Shown: one piece after another, positions 48,504-56,953 of the stretch
Numbering within the stretch: position 1 is the first letter of the stretch
How the letters are laid out: each line of letters starts with the position of its first letter
Assembly (NCBI GenBank): GCA_965219345.1
Contig: OZ244732.1
Location: 192,001 to 256,000, forward strand
Direction: 5' to 3'
Length of the DNA: 64,000 bases
Source: Nitrosopumilus sp.
Lineage (GTDB): Archaea > Thermoproteota > Nitrososphaeria > Nitrososphaerales > Nitrosopumilaceae
Translations under genes and position numbers: made by a program
The notes under the pieces: generated by a model
Told to the model about the DNA's origin: nothing
Databases searched by the model: none
Seen by the model: the letters and a program-made list of their open reading frames with translations, nothing else

Positions 48504-49246
48504 GTAACTGTTCACGTCATTTGACCCCCCCCCCCCGTCTAGACGTATTTTGCCATCTCTGCGAGGTAGCGGTCCAGCCCCGCGCTCTTCCACGTCGCAA
48601 AGCATGTGAAGATGTTGCCCATCTGGTCTGCAGTCTTCTCTGACCGCAGCGCGCCGCGAATCTTCCTGTGGACCACCACCTCGCGCAGCCCGCGCTCTGC
48701 GGCGTTGTTCGTAGGCGGGACGCGCGGGTCCAGCACGAATGTGAACAGGTCCGGCAGCGCGCGCCCGAGCTTGGCCATGAATTGTTTTAGCAGCGGGTCG
48801 CTGCCGTACCTTGACATGATCCTCCTGATGCGCAACACGAGCAGATCTCGCGCGGCACGCCGCTCCCCGACGGGCCTCCTGCCCTTGGCGTCATCGAATA
48901 TGCGGCGCAGCCGCACCAGCACGTCCCCTGCGGCCTCGGAATCCGGGTTTGCCTCGGACAGGTGGCGCGCCTCCCTGATGACGTGGGCCCAGCAGCGCTG
49001 CACTTCTTGTGCAGGTCCTCGCTGGTCTTGTGCAGGTCCTCGCTGGTTCTGCGCATCTCCCTGCTGGTCTTGTTGCTTATTTCCATGACTTGTTTGAGCT
49101 TGATGATTTCAAGCCTTGATTGTTTGTACAGCTTCTTGTAGTTGGCCTCTGCCAATATGGTGACTTGGCTGTGGCATATTTAGATCACATGATCCATGCA
49201 TGCTTACACTTTGAAGGATAAATTTAGGCACGACGTGAACAAGTAC
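48504..49246 (-). mobile_element. Internally deleted IS66-family element (743 bp)
   Basis: TIRs GTAACTGTTCACGTC / GACGTGAACAAGTAC; C-terminal QRCWAH and PPTNNAAERGLR joined to an N-terminal coiled coil; C12 tract at 48525; 21-bp tandem repeat ~49006-49047. Confidence 0.85.
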
Positions 49247-49701
49247 GAATTTTCTATTACAGAGAATGGTGGGGGGAAATCACAATTATTAAAAAAATAA
49301 TAACGATATTTCTTCTGACCATTCTTCATATGTAACACGCTGTCAGTCATTTACTGACAATTCTGAGAATCAGGCAATTAAATTCTTAAAAAGAATGCTA
49401 CCAGTTACAATATACTCACAATGCAGGTTTGGGAAATGACCTCTTCTGTTCCATGACATTCACGCACCAAAAAGCATTGGTAACGGTCTAACCACTGCAG
49501 ATGCCAGCTAGTCTCACTTGGAGGTGAAAAATCACAAATTGGCAAATCAAATTTCCCCATTAAATACAAAATCTTCTCAACAAGACATGTATTCACCATA
49601 TCATTATTTTGAATCAAAAAAACAGACCTGTGACAAACATTTGTCAGGGGTTACAAAACCTTGTGAAGATTAATATTTTCAATAATACCAATAAATCAAC
49701 G

Positions 49702-51054
49702 TTGGAGAAACAGAAATTTCTCATTGTCGGAAGTGGAGGGCGTGAAAGTGCTTTTGCACTACAGCTTGCGCAAGACACACAAGTTTATGCAGTTATCTCT
49801 CACAAAAATCCGCTCATTATTCATTGTGTGATACAGTCAGGTGGCAAATATTTGGTCGGTGATGCCGATGATCCGCAAACAGTTCTGAACTTTGCAAAAG
49901 AGAACAACATAGATTACGCTTTTGTCAACGCAGACCAGCCATTGGCTAATGGTGTTGTTGATGTTCTGCTTGATAATAATTTTAAGGCAATTGGTGGAAC
50001 AAAGGATGCAACACGCATAGAGTGGGATAAAATTTACTCCATTCAAATGATGCAAAAAATGTGTTCGGAGTTTACGCCATTTTACAAAGTTGTTTCAAAA
50101 ACAGAAGAACTACCAGATGCAATAGAATCATTTGAATCAAAAAGACTAGAGATAGTGGTAAAACCGCAAGGACTAACAGGAGGCAAAGGTGTCAAAGTAA
50201 TGCCTGAACATCTACCAACATATCAAGACTGCACCGACTATGCGTCTCTTCTTCTTGAGAAAAACCCTGACCAAAAGGTTCTGTTGGTAGAAAAGCTGCA
50301 AGGCATAGAGTTTACAATCATGGGAATTACTGATGGTACAAACTTGGTTGTATCTCCTGCAAGTTATGACTATCCGTTCAGACATGAGGATGACAAGGGT
50401 GCAGGAACCGGAGGAATGGGTTGCTTTACAAATTCAGAGAAAAAACTTCCGTTTATGAGTGACAAGGACTTGGATGATTGTAGATACATAATGCAAAAAA
50501 TAATTGATGAGATAAAACAAGACAATCTGTTTTTTAACGGTGTTATCAATGGTGGCTTTTTTAAAACAAAAAAAGGCATAAAATTCATGGAGTTTAACGG
50601 TCGCTTTGGAGATCCTGAAGGATTAAACATTCTAAGCATTCTTAAAGGATCATTTTCAGAATTGTTGATTCATCTTTGGAACAAGACGTTGTCTGATGAT
50701 GTGGTTTCGTTTGTCAAAAAAGCAAGTGTTGTAAAATATCTGGTTGCAAAGGAATATCCAGAGCGAAGCGACAAGGCAATCTCTTTTAGCATTAATGAAA
50801 AGGCAATTGCAGATCTTGGCGTAAAAACATTCTTTGCATCCTGCATCAAGACAGGAGCACAGCAATATGAAACCCTGAAAAAATCACGAGTTGTCGCATT
50901 CAGTGCACTTTCAGACAACATAGATGAAGCTTCGTCTTTGATAAATAAAATAATTGAAATGCATGTCAATGGTGATTTGGAGTACAGACATGATATTGGC
51001 TCTCAAAAGAGTCTGGAAAAATTAAAAAAAATCAATGCTGAATTAACTCATTGA
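49702..51054 (+). CDS. purD: Phosphoribosylamine--glycine ligase (PurD-like)
   Basis: LIVGSGGRE, VVKP.GL.GGKGV, G..TGGMG, EFNGRFGDPE, YRHDIG; TTG start inferred. Confidence 0.88.
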   Translation: MEKQKFLIVGSGGRESAFALQLAQDTQVYAVISHKNPLIIHCVIQSGGKYLVGDADDPQTVLNFAKENNIDYAFVNADQPLANGVVDVLLDNNFKAIGGTKDATRIEWDKIYSIQMMQKMCSEFTPFYKVVSKTEELPDAIESFESKRLEIVVKPQGLTGGKGVKVMPEHLPTYQDCTDYASLLLEKNPDQKVLLVEKLQGIEFTIMGITDGTNLVVSPASYDYPFRHEDDKGAGTGGMGCFTNSEKKLPFMSDKDLDDCRYIMQKIIDEIKQDNLFFNGVINGGFFKTKKGIKFMEFNGRFGDPEGLNILSILKGSFSELLIHLWNKTLSDDVVSFVKKASVVKYLVAKEYPERSDKAISFSINEKAIADLGVKTFFASCIKTGAQQYETLKKSRVVAFSALSDNIDEASSLINKIIEMHVNGDLEYRHDIGSQKSLEKLKKINAELTH

Positions 51055-51201
51055 GAAACCATACCATTTTAGAGATTCAAAAATACAGATAATCTTCATC
51101 TTTAAATTCAATTTTTTCTGTGTTTTACAATGCCAAAACTACAAGTATTCTCAAAAACAAAAAAAGAAAATTACGGAATACAAAGACATGATTCCTACAA
51201 T

Positions 51202-51724
51202 AGAGATTTGCGTAATCGATCATAATGTCAGCACAATACGTGGTTTTACGACACACACGTCAACGGCAGGACGGCTTGCAGCCAGACAATCCGCACAACA
51301 CATGAACAAAAACGCTAGAATCCAAAATGTGGTGCGCAGCCAGCAGACCCAAAGTAGTTTCTCGATCCTCGTGATAAAACAAAAACGCTAGAATCCAAAA
51401 TGTGGTGCGCAGCCCTGCAGCACCGCCGCGTGCCCCGAGATCACATCGTCAATCCGGTGGCACTCACTGCCACCCGGCGCTAACCAAGAAATCTTCTGCG
51501 TAGCTTGGGGCTTCCTCTGTGAAGCGTCTTCATCAGGTGCAAGTTTACCAGGCCCGCAACGACATTCATCTCGTAGTTGAGCTCGTCCTCGGTGCCGCCG
51601 TACGGCTCTGTCATCCGGGCATACTGCTTTATCCTGCCTATGCTGTTCTCCACTGTCACCCTGATGCCGCCTACCTTCTGGTTGTGCTTCTTTTGCTCAT
51701 CTGTCAGATTTCGGGCCTCCTCCT
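51202..51724 (-). mobile_element. Truncated second copy (3' end) of the IS5-like element
   Basis: Near-identical to 45029-~45484, including the TIR (one base missing); fused to an IS66 fragment. Confidence 0.88.
51305..51414. repeat. 37-bp perfect direct repeat flanking a 36-bp unique insert (CRISPR-like unit) inside the IS copy
   Basis: AACAAAAACGCTAGAATCCAAAATGTGGTGCGCAGCC at 51305 and 51378; a single copy with no insert in the sister IS at ~45135. Confidence 0.85.
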
Positions 51725-52099
51725 ACGGGTACCGCATGCCAATCAAGATGATATCTGAGAACAGCGGGAGGAACGCCGGCATACACATATCGACAGGAGG
51801 CGTCTGCAACATACTTTACAGGCTCGGGGCGTGCCTGCACATACCTGCACGCCGAATCCTTGCGTCCCTGCAGAAGGCAAGCGTACTGCACATGGACGAG
51901 ACGTCGTTTAGCATAAACGGGAAACTGTCTGGGTGTGGATACTGCTAAACCCGCACACCGGGGAGTCGTTTTACGCAGTACGGAAGAGCAGGGGGCAGGC
52001 GTCTTGCGGGAGCTGCTGCCCGGCTAGGACGGAACAGTGATGTGCGACGGATGGAGGCCGTACGGCATGTTCGGCGGGCCAAATGACGTGAGCAAGTAC
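51725..52099 (+). mobile_element. IS66-family transposase fragment (central part) plus TIR
   Basis: ISTGGVCN, LHMDETS, W.W, CDGW.PY; ends CAAATGACGTGAGCAAGTAC. Confidence 0.8.
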
Positions 52100-52452
52100 T
52101 TCAAGATTACTGTATGTCAGGATGTATTATAGTAGGCTACAGCGATATATAATGATAGGTAATTAATTACATAATAATAGGTATATAATTATATAATAGA
52201 TATACTAAGCATATCCATGATATCTGGAAATACAATTACTTTTAGAAGTAATTTTGTAAAAGTAGTATCACCAATCTATGAATTGTGGGGGTCGTGTGTC
52301 CAGTGAGTGCAACTTTAGAATCCAAAAAACATTCTGGAATAATTGATATATCTTCTAAAAATACTCTAGAAATTAAAGACAAGTTAGTATCATTGCCTAC
52401 AATGTCTATAGTAACCAAATCTGGATTAGGTAATGTTTCCAGAAATGAGGAT

Positions 52453-52782
52453 ATGGTTTCTAAAAATACTGAGAAAGTTCTAGAATGTGGACCTTTAGAG
52501 AGTGTATTTCCATGTTCTGAATCAAAGATTCTGGATTTCCTAGTCACATTTCAAGAATATGATTATTCCATATCAGATATTTCTAAAAACTCAGGAGTGG
52601 GATTCAAGACAACTTTAGGTGTAATCAAAGATCTGGAAACACGACAATTGATTTTTAAAAATAGAAATGTAGGAAGGGCAAAAATGTTCAAGTTAAATCT
52701 GGATTCAGCAGAGACTGTTATTATAAATAAACTAGCCCTAGAGATCGCCACAAAAAGAGCGATGAATCAAGCAATCACATAA
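52453..52782 (+). CDS. Winged-helix DNA-binding protein (start uncertain; frame open from 52285)
   Basis: KILDFL..DYSISDISKNSGVGFKT..VGRAKMFKLN; GAGGA before ATG 52453. Confidence 0.75.
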   Translation: MVSKNTEKVLECGPLESVFPCSESKILDFLVTFQEYDYSISDISKNSGVGFKTTLGVIKDLETRQLIFKNRNVGRAKMFKLNLDSAETVIINKLALEIATKRAMNQAIT

Positions 52783-52832
52783 GACAAGAATGTATACACA
52801 GAGTATATCAAAGCCATTTTATAATATCCGTA

Positions 52833-53458
52833 ATGACTGTTGTTCCTCCTCAGTCAGATACAAAACGATTCAATTGTCCTTTTGCAATGCATTTGCAGAT
52901 CAGTACTGAAGGCAATCATATTTTACTACAGAAACTGGTAGTGTGAATACTGGTTTTAAAATTTCGAAATGTAAGAGTTGCAATAGGATAGCTGCATGGT
53001 TTCAAGGGAAGTTAGTTTTTCCGGATGTAATCACTGCTCCTTTACCTAATTCAGACATGCCTGAAACAATTAAAAATGATTTTGAAGAAGCAAGAACAAT
53101 TTCAACAAGATCACCTCGCGGTGCATGTGCATTATTGAGATTATGTGTTGAAAAATTATGTATTCATTTAGGAGAAGAATCTGGAGACTTGAGTGCAAAA
53201 ATTGGAAACCTTGTTACTAGAGGCTTAAGACCAGAAATTCAACAATCATTGGATGCTGTAAGAGTGATAGGCAATGAAGCTGTACATCCAGGAGAATTAG
53301 ATGTTGGAGATAATCCTGAAATAGCAAATGCATTGTTTTCACTGGTAAATTTGATTGTTCAAACAATGATTACAGATCCTAAAAAAGCACAAGTAATTTT
53401 TGATAAAATTCCTCAGAATAAGAAAGACGGAATCGAACAAAGAGATAACCCTACATGA
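52833..53458 (+). pseudogene. DUF4145-domain protein, 5' part disrupted
   Basis: FEEAR..SPRGACALLRLCVE, RVIGNEAVH; the N-terminal CPFC Zn motif is frameshifted at ~52880 and followed by TGA. Confidence 0.7.
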
Positions 53459-53471
53459 TTTCAAAAAGTAC

Positions 53472-53676
53472 GGGACAAGAAATGATATTAGTTTGATATG
53501 GGACTTGGAGGCTTCGATCCATTTTTGAATTATTTGAAGAATAAATTAAAAAATTAAACTTTGTTACAACATCAAGACTCATTTTAGGAACGATTTGTAG
53601 TTGCAAAATAATCATTTGGGAAATCATGGGACAAGAAACAACTACACAGTGTAATGGGCCCGAAGGGCTTCGATCC
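53472..53676. repeat. Degenerate duplication of the tRNA-Ile 3' end and flank (att-like scar), 156-bp spacing
   Basis: GGGACAAGAAA at 53472 and 53628; ATGGG..GGCTTCGATCC at 53498 and 53654 (17/23 identical). Confidence 0.6.
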
Positions 53677-53728
53677 CTTGGCTCACCGGTTATGAGCCGG
53701 TTACTCTACCAAGCTGAGTTACGGGCCC
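53655..53728 (-). tRNA. tRNA-Ile2(CAT)
   Basis: GGGCCCG acceptor typical of archaeal Ile; ACCGG-CTCATAA-CCGGT; A73. Confidence 0.88.
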
Positions 53729-53769
53729 TAAGCAGATGAATTTTTTCTTAGGTATAAAATGTTGTGAGA

Positions 53770-54402
53770 TTAACAGTATTCCTCATAACAACTATCAAGC
53801 AACAAGTTTTGTGCAGAAATAGATCTGTCTGCAATTTCAAGCAAGTCATTTGAGTCAGTTGAAGATATTTCCAGAATATTTCTCCATGATGCAGTGTGTC
53901 TAATGTCGGCTTCGGTGTGGAGTTTGAAGTATTCTGTCGCTTCATTACTGGTCATTCCATAGAATTCTGCCAATCCATCAAGTTTTGTTTGACTGATTTT
54001 GGGGATTTCTTTTTCAAAAGCATACATTGCGCATGCACCACCTTCAAAGGTACTCATTAATTCATTCAAATCAGACACAGCTTTACGAGTTTTGGTTAAT
54101 CCAGCGTATGAGGTTAGTTCATCCTCAGATACGCCAAGTTCTTCTGCAAAGTAAATCCATGGCTTTACATGATCAGATTCTTCTTGTTGGTTTGCAACTA
54201 ATTCGCTGATTACTGAACCAGGTGCTTTTTCAATAATTGGAGTCATAAAAGATGGAACTGCTTTAACAAGTTGAAAATATTCTTTAGAATAACCTGCCAG
54301 AGATTCCTGTGTTAACTTTCCATCAGACCACATCCGGTAGAATGGATGTTTTAGTAAACTTCTTTCCCCAATCATCGTATCAATTTTTTTTATTATATTC
54401 AT
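53770..54402 (-). CDS. TenA/PqqC/CADD-like heme-oxygenase-fold protein
   Basis: LLKHPFY..W.DG.L, EE..H, YFKLH.EAD..H. Confidence 0.85.
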   Translation of the reverse strand: MNIIKKIDTMIGERSLLKHPFYRMWSDGKLTQESLAGYSKEYFQLVKAVPSFMTPIIEKAPGSVISELVANQQEESDHVKPWIYFAEELGVSEDELTSYAGLTKTRKAVSDLNELMSTFEGGACAMYAFEKEIPKISQTKLDGLAEFYGMTSNEATEYFKLHTEADIRHTASWRNILEISSTDSNDLLEIADRSISAQNLLLDSCYEEYC

Positions 54403-54482
54403 GTTTCATCTCCAAATCTGCTAATAAAAAAATCTTTGTGGTTTACAAAAGATTTTATGGTCAGAATACTGAATTTTCTTGG

Positions 54483-54576
54483 GTTCCAGTGGTGTAGACC
54501 GGTCAAGCATTTTGCCCTTTCAAGGCAAAGATCCCGGGTTCAAAATCTAACGATGAAAATCCCGGCTGGAGCACCA
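54483..54576 (+). tRNA. tRNA-Glu(TTC) with 15-nt T-loop intron (~54545-54559) and encoded CCA
   Basis: TTGCC-CTTTCAA-GGCAA anticodon arm; BHB motif TTCA-AAA-TC...GA-TGAA-AAT. Confidence 0.9.
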
Positions 54577-54617
54577 AGATTTAATTACTAATAACAAAGT
54601 TTTTTGATCAGGCCATT

Positions 54618-55469
54618 TTGGATCGAAAAAATATTGAGATTAATCCTTTGCTTGGGACATATGGTAAATATATTAAAAAAATAGATCAGGCATTAGATAA
54701 TGAACTAGATCTTTATTCTGAATCAGAATTCATTGAACCGATAAAGTATTCCTTAGACGGTGGAAAACGAATCAGACCTATTATTTTGACCTTGGCTGCG
54801 GAATGCGTGGGTAAAATTGATGAAAATACTTTTGCAGCATCTTGTGCAGTTGAGTTTTTACATATGGAATCAATCATCCATGATGACATTATTGATAATG
54901 AGACTATGAGAAGGCAGAAGGATCCATTCCATATCAAATATGGATACAATACCAGTGTCCTTACAGGAGACTTTGTTTTGGGATTAATTCTTGCAATATC
55001 TTCCAGATTGGACAATGTTAGAATTACAAAAGATTTGGCTACCACTGCCATGTTGATGAGTGAAGGGGAAATGATTGAAAGCAGGCTAGAAACCAGTGAA
55101 GATGTTACGTTTGCTGACTACCTTAAAGTAATTGAATACAAGACAGCAACGGCATTTGAAGTTGCAGCTAGAACAGGTGCAATTATTGCAAATGGAACAG
55201 AGGACCAAATTGAAGCATTAACCGGATATGGAAAAAACATTGGAATTGCATATCAAATTAGGGATGATTTGTTAGATTGGAAAAATGAAGACAAGTTGTT
55301 TAATATGTTAATCAAGAAAAGTTTAGACCCAAGGGATATTTTTGACAAAATGGAAGACATGTTAAAAGAATATTCTGAAAAAGCAAGATCTTATTTGAGA
55401 AAGCTTCCAGATAATGATGCGAAGATTAGTCTAGATAATTTAATCAAGTTTACTTCATTCAAGGCATAA
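54618..55469 (+). CDS. Polyprenyl diphosphate synthase
   Basis: GGKRIRP, HDDIID..RR, YQIRDDLLD. Confidence 0.9.
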   Translation: MDRKNIEINPLLGTYGKYIKKIDQALDNELDLYSESEFIEPIKYSLDGGKRIRPIILTLAAECVGKIDENTFAASCAVEFLHMESIIHDDIIDNETMRRQKDPFHIKYGYNTSVLTGDFVLGLILAISSRLDNVRITKDLATTAMLMSEGEMIESRLETSEDVTFADYLKVIEYKTATAFEVAARTGAIIANGTEDQIEALTGYGKNIGIAYQIRDDLLDWKNEDKLFNMLIKKSLDPRDIFDKMEDMLKEYSEKARSYLRKLPDNDAKISLDNLIKFTSFKA

Positions 55470-56943
55470 AGTCTAAACTGAAAACCGGAGTTGCAAATTC
55501 TACAAACTGTATGAGTGGTTCCGGATATACGCCAAATCCTATCAGGAAGATCATTGAGAAGATCATTACAGCAACAATTGATTTTGGTTCTTTAACTCGC
55601 TTCTCTGCTTCTCCTTCAAAGTACATCTTTCTTGTAATCCAGCCATAGTAAGCAAGAGACAAAGCACTGTTAAGTACACCGGCGATTGCAAGCCACGGAG
55701 CCCACCATAATGCAGAGCCAGCATCCAATGCACCGCCAAACAACATCAATTTGCTCCAGAATCCTGAAAGTGGGGGAACGCCAGCCAGTGCGAACAGTGA
55801 GATAACTAAAGCCAGAGCAGTAATTGGCATTCTTCTTCCCAGTCCCTGAAGTTTATCGAGATGAGTCACCGCAAGGGTCGTTACAATTCCCGCAATTGCA
55901 ATAAAGGCCATGCCTTTCATTACTGCATGATTCAGAATATGATACAAGGAACCTTGTAAACCGAGAGAACTATGTGGTGCAACCGCAAGCCCAATCAAAA
56001 TGTATCCAGCGTGTGCAATACTAGAATATGCCAGCATTCTAGTAAGATTCTTTTGCATGATTGCGGCAATATTACCAATTGTCATTGTCATGACTGCAAG
56101 AACACCAAGAGCTAATGTCCAGTCAAGATTTAGAACAACCATTCCAAGAACAATTATTCTTATTGCTGCGGCAAACCCTACTTTCTTTGTTCCTGCTGCA
56201 AGGAGAGCAGCGATTGGCGGTGGTGCGCCCTCATATGTATCGGGAAGCCATTGATGGAAAGGCACAAGTCCCATCTTGAATCCAAATCCTGCAATGAACA
56301 TTCCAACTGAAAGTAAAGCAAGTGGCAATAGGGACGGATCAAGTGTTGAATAGCCTTGAATAACTTCTCCAATGTTTGTAGAACCAGTCAATCCATATGC
56401 AACTGAAATTCCGTAAACAATGATTGCAGATGATAATGCACCAAACAAGAAATACTTTAGAGCTGCCTCATTTGAGCTTGGATTCTTTTTCATAAAGCCA
56501 ACCAAAATGTATGTTGGAAGACTCATGAGCTCCCAGGCAACAAACAACATTACCAGGTCAGTAGAATATGCCACTAACACCATACCAATTGTTGCAAGCA
56601 GAATTAGGGAATAGTATACGGCGGGAGAGTTATGTTTTCTCATGTAATTGAAAGAACCAACAGTAGTGAACAAAGCAACAATTAGCATTGCTATTGCAAA
56701 TAATCCGCCAAACGCATCATCAACAAGTACATCCTCCGAGAATAGAGCGGATGTCGTTACATTGTCATTTAGGAATTGATATCCAACATAGCCCATGGAT
56801 ACAGCTAATGCTGCAAAGGCAATTACGGCATAAAATGAGTTAGAACCTTGTTCTTTTCTTGCAATGCTAATGATTGGAATTATTATTCCAACGGTTCCCA
56901 AAATTGCCATTATAACCAACGGGGTGGAAGTAATCTCTAACAT
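55459..56943 (-). CDS. nuoN: NADH-quinone oxidoreductase subunit N
   Basis: EAALKYF, FK...VPFHQWLPDTYEGAP, RMLAYSSIAH. Confidence 0.95.
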   Translation of the reverse strand: MLEITSTPLVIMAILGTVGIIIPIISIARKEQGSNSFYAVIAFAALAVSMGYVGYQFLNDNVTTSALFSEDVLVDDAFGGLFAIAMLIVALFTTVGSFNYMRKHNSPAVYYSLILLATIGMVLVAYSTDLVMLFVAWELMSLPTYILVGFMKKNPSSNEAALKYFLFGALSSAIIVYGISVAYGLTGSTNIGEVIQGYSTLDPSLLPLALLSVGMFIAGFGFKMGLVPFHQWLPDTYEGAPPPIAALLAAGTKKVGFAAAIRIIVLGMVVLNLDWTLALGVLAVMTMTIGNIAAIMQKNLTRMLAYSSIAHAGYILIGLAVAPHSSLGLQGSLYHILNHAVMKGMAFIAIAGIVTTLAVTHLDKLQGLGRRMPITALALVISLFALAGVPPLSGFWSKLMLFGGALDAGSALWWAPWLAIAGVLNSALSLAYYGWITRKMYFEGEAEKRVKEPKSIVAVMIFSMIFLIGFGVYPEPLIQFVEFATPVFSLDFMP

Positions 56944-56953
56944 TTCATATCAC

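Noticed and set aside
49405-49617. 70-aa minus-strand ORF
   Set aside because: No motif recognised; adjacent frames contain stops, so at most an unidentifiable relic.
53655-53728. tRNA-Met call for the CAT anticodon
   Set aside because: The GGGCCC acceptor stem fits archaeal tRNA-Ile2; it lacks initiator features.
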